Below, in pieces: positions 26,510 through 35,001 of a DNA stretch of 64,000 nt; the stretch's first letter is position 1; every line of letters begins with the position of its first letter. This DNA is from Flavobacteriaceae bacterium (lineage in GTDB: Bacteria; Bacteroidota; Bacteroidia; Flavobacteriales; Flavobacteriaceae). The stretch spans positions 10,536 through 74,535 of the forward strand of contig DUDG01000029.1 of the NCBI GenBank assembly GCA_012959395.1, read 5' to 3'. Made by a program: the position numbers and the translations under genes. A model generated the notes under the pieces. That model ran no database searches, was not told where the DNA came from, and worked only from the letters and a program-made list of their open reading frames with translations.

Positions 26510-29260
26510 ATGAAAAAAATATTTTTACTTATTATTTTACTGTTTAACTCTGTTGTTTACTCTCAAGTAAGATTTGAAGGTGTTATAACTGACTCAATGG
26601 GTAATACAATTATGGGAGCTAATGTAATTGCTGTAGAAAAGGATACTCAAGTTTTAGATGGTTTTGGTATTTCTAATGATACAGGATTTTATAGAATTTC
26701 ATTAAAAAAAAATACAAATTATAACATTAAAGTTTCATTTATAGGTTTTAAGCAGGTTGAGTTTGACTTAAATATTAGTGAAGCTTTTGAAAAAAATATA
26801 ATTTTACATCAACAAGCTGAAGCATTGGATGAGGTAGAAATAGTGTACGAAATGCCAGTGACTATAAAAGGAGACACTATTGTATATAATGCGGATTCAT
26901 TTAATACCGGTACTGAAAAAAAATTAGGAGATGTACTGAAGAATTTACCCGGAATTGAGATAAATGATGAAGGGAGAATTGAAGTAGAAGGAAAAGAAAT
27001 AACAAAAATTACTATTGAAGGAAAGGATTTTTTTGATGGCGATTCTAAATTAGCTACTCAGAATTTACCTGCTAATGCAGTAGGAAAAGTGGAAGTTTTA
27101 AGAAATTTCACTGAAGTTGGTCAACTTAGAAATGTTACAAATAATGAAGATAATATAGCTATTAATATTGCTCTTAAAAGCGGTAAAGATAAATTTTGGT
27201 TTGGTGAAATTTTAGGCGGAACAGGAAATGATAATAGAGTTTTAGCTGCACCAAAAATATTTTATTATTCAAAAGACTTAAGTATTAGTGCTTTGGGTAA
27301 TACCAATAACATAGGTGAGCCGGTCCTTTCTAGAAGAGATTATTATAAATTTGGAGGAGGCTTTAGAAACCTAAATGCTCAAACTGGAACTTCAATTAGT
27401 ATTTCATCAGATGGTTCTGGAATTGGGGGCCTTCAGAATAATCAAGCTAAATCTATTGATGCTCAATTGGGAGCGTATAATTTTAGCCATTCTCCTAACG
27501 ATTCGTGGGAAATAAGTGGTTTTGCTATTTTAGCAAAGACTAAAAATATCATTGAACAAGATATTAAAAGAACCTATTCTGTTACTAATACTATTGAAGA
27601 AACAAGTGATAATGTGGTTCAAGACAATAAGCAGCAACTTTATAAATTTACAACAGAATTTAAGCCTAATGATAGATTACAGACAGAATATAATTTATTG
27701 ATTAAATCAGCTGAAAATGAAGAAAATACTGATTTAATTTCATCATCTTATAGAGATCCAAGTAATGGTCCTGTTATTTTACCAGTTGAAATCGACGAAA
27801 TTAATCTTTTAAGATCTGATAAGCCTAGTTCAATTAATCAAGAATTAAAAGCTTATTATACGTTAAATGAAGATCATATTTTTTCTTTTGAAGCTCAACA
27901 TTTATCTCAAGATGAAGATCCTTTTTACAGAGCTATTAAAGAATTACAGCCTTTTAGAAATATAATTCCTTTAGACAGGGATCAATCAAAATTTAATATC
28001 AATCAGTCTCGTAATACAAACACTAACAAAATTGAAGGTAAATTAGATTATTATTATATTTTAACTCCTAAATCAAACCTTAATTTTACTTTTGGAGTTA
28101 CTGATGTTGATCAAAAATTTAATTCAAGTATTTTTCAAATTTTAGATAATAATTCAAATAAAAATTTTGATGACCCTGCTTTAGGAAATGATGTTGATTT
28201 TAAATTTACTGACTCTTACTTATCTATGCACTATAGATTTATTACAGGCATTTTCACTTTTGATCCAGGGATTACAATACATTCTTATAAAACTGAAAAT
28301 ACTCAATTAGGAAACTTAGCTTCTGATTCATATTCTGATATTAGACCTGACATGAGAATTTTTATGAAATTTAAAAGTTCCGAGAGTTTAAGATTTACTT
28401 ACAGAGCTACAACGCAATTCACTGATGTGAATAAATTAGCTTTAGGATATGTTTTTAATAACTATAATTCTTTTTTTCAAGGAAACCCTGCTCTTGAAGC
28501 AGCTAAAGTTTATAACTATAGTTTGAATTATCAAAGTATTAATATTTTTACTTTTACTAATGTATTTTCGAGACTAAGTTATTCTAAAAGAAGTAATTCA
28601 ATACAAAATCAAACACTAATTAGTGGGATTAACAGAGTCAATACTGCAGTCAATTCAAACTTTCCAAGAGAAACTTACTCTGCTTCAGGTAGAATCGATA
28701 AAAGATTTAAAAATTTTAAAGCTGGATTTAATATGAATTTTAATTATAGTGATTATAATAATATAATTAATGGTAATCCAATATCTTCTGTTAATTTCAC
28801 TCAGAGCTATAGAGCAAGTCTTGCAACGAACTTTAGGGATAAGCCTAATCTTGAAATAGGGTATAGTTATAATAAGAGAAAATATGATACAGGCAATTCA
28901 AAAAATTATTTCTTTACTGATTCACCTTACGCCAGACTAGATGCTTATTTCGGAAAAGGGTTTGTGTTTACTGCTAATTATACTTATAATTATTACAGAA
29001 ATGAAGAAGTTACATTAAATAAGTATAGATTTTTAGAAGCTGATTTATCTTACAATAAAGAAGGCTCTAAATGGGAATTTGGATTAGGTGTAACTAATTT
29101 ATTTAATGATACATCAGTTAATAGAGATAGTTTTAATCAGCTCTATAGTCAAACAAGATCTTACGTTATTCAGCCAAGGTATACTGTTTTTAGATTAAAA
29201 TATGACCTAACATCTTATGGCGGAGGTAGTGGAAATGGCTTGAAAAGGACACATCGTTAA
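26510..29260 (+). CDS. outer membrane beta-barrel protein with CarboxypepD_reg-like N-domain and plug-like domain (TonB-dependent-receptor-like)
   Basis: Signal peptide. N-terminal domain VRFEGVITDSMGNTIMGANV...GFYRISL. Plug-like LGDVLKNLPGIEI. Long alternating beta-strand region ending in aromatic-rich strands. Confidence 0.8.
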   Translation: MKKIFLLIILLFNSVVYSQVRFEGVITDSMGNTIMGANVIAVEKDTQVLDGFGISNDTGFYRISLKKNTNYNIKVSFIGFKQVEFDLNISEAFEKNIILHQQAEALDEVEIVYEMPVTIKGDTIVYNADSFNTGTEKKLGDVLKNLPGIEINDEGRIEVEGKEITKITIEGKDFFDGDSKLATQNLPANAVGKVEVLRNFTEVGQLRNVTNNEDNIAINIALKSGKDKFWFGEILGGTGNDNRVLAAPKIFYYSKDLSISALGNTNNIGEPVLSRRDYYKFGGGFRNLNAQTGTSISISSDGSGIGGLQNNQAKSIDAQLGAYNFSHSPNDSWEISGFAILAKTKNIIEQDIKRTYSVTNTIEETSDNVVQDNKQQLYKFTTEFKPNDRLQTEYNLLIKSAENEENTDLISSSYRDPSNGPVILPVEIDEINLLRSDKPSSINQELKAYYTLNEDHIFSFEAQHLSQDEDPFYRAIKELQPFRNIIPLDRDQSKFNINQSRNTNTNKIEGKLDYYYILTPKSNLNFTFGVTDVDQKFNSSIFQILDNNSNKNFDDPALGNDVDFKFTDSYLSMHYRFITGIFTFDPGITIHSYKTENTQLGNLASDSYSDIRPDMRIFMKFKSSESLRFTYRATTQFTDVNKLALGYVFNNYNSFFQGNPALEAAKVYNYSLNYQSINIFTFTNVFSRLSYSKRSNSIQNQTLISGINRVNTAVNSNFPRETYSASGRIDKRFKNFKAGFNMNFNYSDYNNIINGNPISSVNFTQSYRASLATNFRDKPNLEIGYSYNKRKYDTGNSKNYFFTDSPYARLDAYFGKGFVFTANYTYNYYRNEEVTLNKYRFLEADLSYNKEGSKWEFGLGVTNLFNDTSVNRDSFNQLYSQTRSYVIQPRYTVFRLKYDLTSYGGGSGNGLKRTHR

Positions 29261-29333
29261 CATCTTATTTAGTATTTAATTTTTTCTTTATTTAAAGGAG
29301 TTTATATTTATTGATAAATAAAAATTACTTTAA

Positions 29334-30344
29334 TTGAACTTCAAATCAGTATTATTTTTTTTAATAGTTCCATTTTTTTGTTGGTCTCAGTCTAGATTTG
29401 AATCCATATTACTTGCTGTTGAAAGCGATTCAAAAAAACTATTTCAAGGCTATATGTCTCCTTTAATGAAAGGAGCAATTTATAGTTCAAATGGTGGTTG
29501 GTTTAACTCAGCTAAAGTCCATAAAAAGTTAGGTGTTGATTTAAGCTTAAGATTAAATGCTTCATTTGTGCCCTCAGCTGATCAAGTTTTCTCAATTTCT
29601 AATTTAGAATACATTACATCAGAAGCGAATGATTTGCCCACCATTATTGGATCTAGTAGACAAGAAGAATTGATAGTAACTATCCCCCCAGATGGAATTT
29701 TGCCAGAAATGAACACGACTATTAAATCTCCCAAAGGAATTAAAAGTAAATTACCCCTAGGGGCTGTTCCAGCTCCAGTTTTGCAATTAGGAATTGGAAT
29801 TCCTTTTGATACTGAAGTGATTTTAAGATATAGTCCTGAGTATCACAGAAAGGGAATAGACATGTCATTTAAGGGTTTAGGCATTAAACATAATCTATTG
29901 CAATATTTTGGGCCCATTGATAAATTCCCAATAAATATTTCTGCATTAGCTTCATTTTCTAAAATGAAAATAGATTATGATATTCAATCTTTTAGTTCAA
30001 TAAAAGGATCTGGTCAAGTAGCTCAATTTAGTCTTAATAATTATAATTTGTTATTGATAGCTTCTTTGGATGTATTGGTTGTAAATTTTTATGCTGGGTT
30101 TGGTTTTAGTGGTGGAGATTCTTCTTTTAAAATGTTAGGTCATTATGATTTAGAATATCAGACGGAATCAAATATTCCTATCACTAGGTCTTTAAATGAT
30201 CCAATAGATATGAATTTTAATGTTTCAGGCTACCAAACTACGATAGGAGCTAAGTTTAAATTTTTGATTTTTAGTGCTTATGCTGATTTTACTTTTCAGG
30301 ATTATAATACTCTTTCTGCAGGTATTTCAATAAATTTTAGATAA
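29334..30344 (+). CDS. putative outer-membrane / secreted beta-rich protein of unknown function (TTG start)
   Basis: The signal peptide (MNFKSVLFFLIVPFFCWSQS) exists only if the TTG at 29334 is used, since an in-frame TAA lies directly upstream. Ends in an aromatic-rich strand (GISINFR). Confidence 0.55.
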   Translation: MNFKSVLFFLIVPFFCWSQSRFESILLAVESDSKKLFQGYMSPLMKGAIYSSNGGWFNSAKVHKKLGVDLSLRLNASFVPSADQVFSISNLEYITSEANDLPTIIGSSRQEELIVTIPPDGILPEMNTTIKSPKGIKSKLPLGAVPAPVLQLGIGIPFDTEVILRYSPEYHRKGIDMSFKGLGIKHNLLQYFGPIDKFPINISALASFSKMKIDYDIQSFSSIKGSGQVAQFSLNNYNLLLIASLDVLVVNFYAGFGFSGGDSSFKMLGHYDLEYQTESNIPITRSLNDPIDMNFNVSGYQTTIGAKFKFLIFSAYADFTFQDYNTLSAGISINFR

Positions 30345-30394
30345 TTTCTTTTTTTTTTAAAAAAAAATATATAATTTAGCCACCTAATTTATTG

Positions 30395-30446
30395 TTAGAG
30401 GAACGATTTGACTGATTGCAACCTCTTTAAAAAAGTGCTAAAGCAG
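30395..30446 (+). promoter_or_regulatory. SAM-II-like riboswitch candidate upstream of metY-metX
   Basis: GAGGAACGAUUUGACUGAUUGCAACCUCUUUAAAAAAGUGCUAAAGC. P1 pairs GAGG (30398-30401) with CCUC (30422-30425). CGAUUU and UUGCA lie in the loop. The A-rich AAAAAG..GCUAAAGC 3' tail is characteristic of the SAM-II (metA) motif, as I recall the consensus. Confidence 0.5.
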
Positions 30447-30521
30447 ATGCTTCACACTAATTTAACTGTCAAATTACATCTAATTATAAATTTAATTTAT
30501 TAATTAATTAAATATATAAAA

Positions 30522-31814
30522 ATGAGTGAACAAAAATTATCAACTAAAGCTTTACATGCAGGACATGATACAAGCTTAAATCAAGGAACAAGAGCTGTTC
30601 CTATTTACCAATCAACCTCTTATGTTTTTAATGATTCTGAACATGCTGCAAATTTGTTTGCATTAGCTGAACCAGGATATATATACACGAGATTAAACAA
30701 TCCAACAAATGATGTTTTGGAACAAAGATTAGCAGCACTTGAAGGAGGGATTGCTTCTGTTGTTACAGCTTCAGGAACTGCTGCAATTTCAACAGCTTTA
30801 TTAGTGCTTTTAAGAGCTGGAGATCATATAGTAGCATCTAGCAGCTTATATGGAGGAACTTTTAATTTACTAAATGTTACCTTACCAAGATTAGGCATTA
30901 CTACTACTTTTGTAGACCCATCAGACCCTCAAAATTTTGCAAATGCTGTTCAAGAAAATACTAGAGTATTTTTCGCAGAATCTTTAGGAAATCCAAAATT
31001 GGACGTTTTAGATTTAAAAGAAATATCTAATCATGCTAAGGCATCAAAGGTTCCATTTATAGTAGACAATACTGTAGCCACACCAGCTTTATTAAACCCA
31101 ATTGAACATGGAGCTAATATTGTTATCCATTCTTTAACTAAATACATTAATGGTAACGGCACTTCTTTAGGAGGCGCTGTAATTGATGCTGGCACTTTTG
31201 ATTGGTCAAGTGGAAAATTTCCTGAATTTACTGAGCCTTCACCTGGTTATCATGGATTAATTTATCATGATGCTATAGGAGCTGCAGCTTTTATTGCTAA
31301 GGTTAGAATAGAAGGTCTTAGAGATTTAGGTGGTGCTTTAAGTCCATTTAATGCTTTTCAAATTATTCAAGGATTGGAGACTTTAGAGATTAGGATCACA
31401 AAACATAGTGAGAATGCCCTAGAGTTAGCTAAATGGCTAGAAAAAAGAGAAGAAGTAGAATGGGTAAATTACCCTGGATTGAATACAAGCAAGTATAAAT
31501 CTTTAGCTGAAAAATATCTTCCTAAAGGACAAAGTGGTCTTATTACTTTTGGAGTGAAAGGAGGTTATGAATCAGCTAAGACTATTGCTGATAAAACAGC
31601 GATTTTTTCTTTATTAGCTAATATTGGAGATACCAAATCTTTAATTATTCACCCTGCTAGTACAACACATCAACAATTAGGTCCTGATGAACAAGCTTCA
31701 ACAGGAGTTACCAGTGATTTAATTAGACTATCTGTTGGACTTGAAAATATAGAAGATTTGAAAAATGATTTAGAACTAGCTTTTTCAAAAATAGATTCAA
31801 AAGTTTTAGTATAA
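30522..31814 (+). CDS. metY: O-acetylhomoserine aminocarboxypropyltransferase (sulfhydrylase)
   Basis: Cys/Met-metabolism PLP family. HSLTKYINGNGTSLGG (PLP lysine). N-terminus LHAGHD..GTRAVPIYQSTSYVF. 430 aa. Confidence 0.9.
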   Translation: MSEQKLSTKALHAGHDTSLNQGTRAVPIYQSTSYVFNDSEHAANLFALAEPGYIYTRLNNPTNDVLEQRLAALEGGIASVVTASGTAAISTALLVLLRAGDHIVASSSLYGGTFNLLNVTLPRLGITTTFVDPSDPQNFANAVQENTRVFFAESLGNPKLDVLDLKEISNHAKASKVPFIVDNTVATPALLNPIEHGANIVIHSLTKYINGNGTSLGGAVIDAGTFDWSSGKFPEFTEPSPGYHGLIYHDAIGAAAFIAKVRIEGLRDLGGALSPFNAFQIIQGLETLEIRITKHSENALELAKWLEKREEVEWVNYPGLNTSKYKSLAEKYLPKGQSGLITFGVKGGYESAKTIADKTAIFSLLANIGDTKSLIIHPASTTHQQLGPDEQASTGVTSDLIRLSVGLENIEDLKNDLELAFSKIDSKVLV

Positions 31815-31823
31815 ATTAACAAA

Positions 31824-32825
31824 ATGACTAATTTAAATAAGCTCAATATTCTAAATTTTAATTCTTTTAATGGAACTATATTTGATATTGAGCTTACTTA
31901 CGAAATTTTTGGATTACCAATTGGAGATGCTCCTATAGTATTAGTTAATCATGCTTTAACAGGAAATTCAACTTTAGTTGGAGAAAATGGTTGGTGGAAT
32001 CCAATAATTGGTAAAGAAAAATTAATTGATACTGAAAAGTATTCAGTATTGGCTTTTAACTTTCCAGGTAACGGATATGACGGTGTATTAATTGAAAATT
32101 ACAAGGATTTAATTCTAAGAGATATTGCAAAAGTGTTTTTAATTGGTTTAGATAAATTAAATATAAAATCTTTGTTTGCAATAATTGGAGGTTCTATCGG
32201 AGGGGGACTTGTATGGGAAATGGCGGCATTAGCTCCTGATTTGGCAAAGAATCTTATTCCAGTCGCTTGTGATTGGAAGTCTTCAGATTGGCTTTTAGCT
32301 AATACTAGGTTACAACATCAAATATTAAATAATTCATCAAATCCTGTTCATGATGCTAGAATACATGCAATGTTGTGTTATAGATCTCCTAAGTCATTTG
32401 ATAAAAAGTTTGACCGTTCAATAAATGAAGGGTTAAATATTTTTAATATTGAGAGTTGGTTACTTCATCATGGAAAAAAACTTCAAAAAAGATTTCAATT
32501 ATCTTCATATAAACTAATGAATCATCTGCTTTCGACAATTGATATTACTAGTGGAGAGGAAAAGAAATTTTCAGAGATAGTCTCAAAAATAAAAGGAAAT
32601 TTATACATTGTTTCAGTTGATTCAGATCTATTTTTTACAGATTATCATAATAGAAATACCTTTTATAAGGTTTGTAAGGTTAAAGACAACGTTTTTTACT
32701 GTCCGATTAAATCTGTCCATGGACATGATGCCTTTTTAATTGAATTTGATCAATTGAAAGAACTTTTATCGGATATTTTTGTAGAAAAGAAACCTTGGTT
32801 ATTGAGATCTCTTCAAAAAGTTTAA
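31824..32825 (+). CDS. metX: homoserine O-acetyltransferase
   Basis: Alpha/beta-hydrolase fold, VLVNHALTGNS and GGSIGG nucleophile elbow. Directly follows metY. Confidence 0.8.
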   Translation: MTNLNKLNILNFNSFNGTIFDIELTYEIFGLPIGDAPIVLVNHALTGNSTLVGENGWWNPIIGKEKLIDTEKYSVLAFNFPGNGYDGVLIENYKDLILRDIAKVFLIGLDKLNIKSLFAIIGGSIGGGLVWEMAALAPDLAKNLIPVACDWKSSDWLLANTRLQHQILNNSSNPVHDARIHAMLCYRSPKSFDKKFDRSINEGLNIFNIESWLLHHGKKLQKRFQLSSYKLMNHLLSTIDITSGEEKKFSEIVSKIKGNLYIVSVDSDLFFTDYHNRNTFYKVCKVKDNVFYCPIKSVHGHDAFLIEFDQLKELLSDIFVEKKPWLLRSLQKV

Positions 32826-32842
32826 TTATTTTTTAATTGATT

Positions 32843-32873
32843 TTTGTTTTTTCAATAAGTAATACTACTTTTA
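32843..32873 (+). promoter_or_regulatory. candidate Bacteroidetes-type promoter for the phe leader (-33 TTTG, -7 TACTTTTA)
   Basis: TTTG at 32843-32846 and TACTTTTA at 32866-32873 (7 of 8 match to TAnnTTTG), separated by 19 nt and lying 19 nt upstream of the leader ATG. Confidence 0.35.
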
Positions 32874-32891
32874 CACTTTAAGTCAAAAATT

Positions 32892-32969
32892 ATGAACTTA
32901 TCTTATTTCTGTCAAAATTTTTATTTCTTCTTCTATTTTGAAGTAGAAAAAGGACTTTTGTATATATAA
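32892..32969 (+). CDS. Phe/Tyr-rich leader peptide (25 codons) of the aromatic amino acid operon
   Basis: Hand translation gives MNLSYFCQNFYFFFYFEVEKGLLYI*, with 6 Phe and 4 Tyr, including seven consecutive aromatic codons at 32919-32939. It lies between metX and pheA, just upstream of a strong terminator. Confidence 0.7.
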   Translation: MNLSYFCQNFYFFFYFEVEKGLLYI

Positions 32970-32991
32970 GATATTAGTAAAATATATAATT

Positions 32992-33024
32992 AAAGGTCCT
33001 GATTTTATCAGGACCTTTTTTTTT
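32992..33024 (+). terminator. intrinsic terminator (attenuator) 7 nt upstream of the pheA start
   Basis: AAAGGTCCTGA-ttttA-TCAGGACCTTT. The core stem pairs GGTCCTGA (32995-33002) with TCAGGACC (33008-33015) and is extendable by three A-T pairs. A run of nine T follows (33016-33024). Confidence 0.8.
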
Positions 33025-33031
33025 AATAAAA

Positions 33032-33853
33032 ATGAGTAAAGTAGCAATTCAAGGAATAAAAGGATCCTACCACGATCAGGTAGCTAAAGAATATTTTGAT
33101 AATTCTGTAGAAATTATTGAATTTTTATCTTTTGATGAAGTAGTTGATTCGGTTAATAATGGATTCTGTGAGTTAGGTGTTATAGCAATTGAAAATTCAA
33201 TTGCTGGTTCAATAATATCAAATTATGCATTAATTGACAATTTAAATTTGAATATTGTTGGCGAACATTATATGAATATTAATCATCAGTTGATGGCTTT
33301 ACCTGGATCTAAAATAGAGAATTTAGAAATAGTATCTTCTCATCCTATGGCCTTATTACAATGTAAAAAGTTTTTAAAAAATTATCCTAAAATAACACTA
33401 ATAGAGGATAAAGATACTGCTGAAGTTGCTTATAGAATAAATAGGGACAAGATTAAAAATATGGGAGCAATTGCCAGTGTTTATGCTTCAGAGCTTTATG
33501 ATTTGGAAATACTTTCAAAAAACATTCAGACTATAAAAAATAATGAGACTCGATTTGTTGTTGTTTCAAAAGAAACTTTAATAGAAAACACAAACAGTAA
33601 TAAAGTATCTTTTAAATTTTCATTAAGTCATGAAACAGGAAGTTTAGCATCAATTTTGAATGTTTTAAAAGATTATAATTTGAATTTAACAAAAATCCAA
33701 TCTCTTCCAATTATAGAAACACCTTGGAAGTATTCTTTTTTTATTGATACGACTTTTGATTTATTAGATAATTTAAATAAGTCACTAATAATTATACGTG
33801 AAAAATCGGAATCCTTAAAGGTGCTAGGTATTTATAAAAATCAAATCAAATGA
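33032..33853 (+). CDS. pheA: prephenate dehydratase (PDT + ACT domains, no chorismate mutase domain)
   Basis: VAIQGIKGSYHDQVA start, TRF motif (NETRFVV) and a C-terminal ACT domain (GSLASILNVLKDYNLNLTKIQSLP). 273 aa. Confidence 0.9.
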   Translation: MSKVAIQGIKGSYHDQVAKEYFDNSVEIIEFLSFDEVVDSVNNGFCELGVIAIENSIAGSIISNYALIDNLNLNIVGEHYMNINHQLMALPGSKIENLEIVSSHPMALLQCKKFLKNYPKITLIEDKDTAEVAYRINRDKIKNMGAIASVYASELYDLEILSKNIQTIKNNETRFVVVSKETLIENTNSNKVSFKFSLSHETGSLASILNVLKDYNLNLTKIQSLPIIETPWKYSFFIDTTFDLLDNLNKSLIIIREKSESLKVLGIYKNQIK

Positions 33854-35001
33854 TTAAACAGGCAAATAGGTTAAATACAGTTGAAGAATATTATTTTTCA
33901 AAAAAACTTAGAGAAGTCTCGGAATTAATTTTTTCAGGAGAATCGATTATTAATATGGGTATAGGTAGTCCAGACTTGTTTCCTTCAAAAAAGGTTATTG
34001 AAGCCTTGTCTTCGAGCTTAAGTGATGAATTTGCACACAAGTATCAAAGTTATCAAGGTATTTTTGAACTTCGTAAAGCAATTTCAGATTTTTATTTCAG
34101 ATTTTTTAAAGTAGATTGTGATCCAAATTATGAGGTTTTACCTCTAATGGGTTCTAAAGAAGGTATTATGCATATTTCTTTAGCTTTTTTAAACCCTGGT
34201 GATGAAGTGTTAATTCCAAATCCTGGATATCCTACATACTTATCCGTTACAAAACTTGTTGAAGCTATTCCTAAATTTTATAATCTTTCAAAAAAAAATA
34301 ATTGGTTTCCAGATTTATCTACTTTGGAAAAGCAAGACCTTTCTAAAGTTAAAATCATGTGGATAAATTATCCTCATATGCCAACAGGAGCCGCCGCTTC
34401 TCTAAAACAATTTGAAGAACTGATCTTGTTTGCAAAAAAAAATGATATTTTATTAATTAATGATAACCCATATAGCTTTATATTAAATGATGATTTTGTT
34501 AGTCTTTTATATGTTAATAATGCTAAGGAGGTTGCAATGGAATTAAATTCACTTAGTAAGTCATTTAATTTGTCAGGATGGAGAGTAGGTATGTTATTAG
34601 GTTCAAAGGATAACATATCTAAAGTATTAAAAATAAAAAGCAATATGGATTCAGGAATGTTTTATGGAATTCAAAAAGGGGCTATTCAAGCGCTTAGTTT
34701 GGAAGATTCATGGTTTAATTCATTAAATATTAAATATGAAAAAAGAAGAAAATTAATTTGGGAATTAGTTGCAAATTTAGGTTGTGATTTCGATAAAAAT
34801 TCTAAAGGATTATTTGTGTGGGCTAAACTTCCAGAAAGATTTAAAAATTCAGTAAAATTTGTTGACAGTATTTTGAAAGATAAAAAGATATTTATAGCTC
34901 CTGGAACAATTTTTGGTTCAGAAGGAGAGGGCTATATAAGATTTTCGTTGTGTATTGATGAAGAAAAGATTATTGAAGCAATAAAAAGATGCAAAAAATG
35001 A
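33850..35001 (+). CDS. class I/II PLP-dependent aminotransferase (probable aromatic/prephenate aminotransferase)
   Basis: NPGYPTY and SLSKSFNLSGWRVG (PLP lysine) motifs. ATGA overlap with pheA. Confidence 0.8.
   Translation: MIKQANRLNTVEEYYFSKKLREVSELIFSGESIINMGIGSPDLFPSKKVIEALSSSLSDEFAHKYQSYQGIFELRKAISDFYFRFFKVDCDPNYEVLPLMGSKEGIMHISLAFLNPGDEVLIPNPGYPTYLSVTKLVEAIPKFYNLSKKNNWFPDLSTLEKQDLSKVKIMWINYPHMPTGAAASLKQFEELILFAKKNDILLINDNPYSFILNDDFVSLLYVNNAKEVAMELNSLSKSFNLSGWRVGMLLGSKDNISKVLKIKSNMDSGMFYGIQKGAIQALSLEDSWFNSLNIKYEKRRKLIWELVANLGCDFDKNSKGLFVWAKLPERFKNSVKFVDSILKDKKIFIAPGTIFGSEGEGYIRFSLCIDEEKIIEAIKRCKK

Noticed and set aside
30349-30367. T10-A9 tract immediately after the 29334-30344 gene, considered as a bidirectional terminator hairpin.
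   Set aside because: A pure A-T stem with no loop and no GC clamp is too weak to call a terminator. Homopolymer runs are common in this AT-rich DNA.
30447-30503. 18-codon ORF (MLHTNLTVKLHLIINLIY) between the SAM-II-like element and metY, considered as a Met-related leader peptide.
   Set aside because: It has no enrichment of Met or Cys codons and no associated terminator. It is probably a chance ORF.
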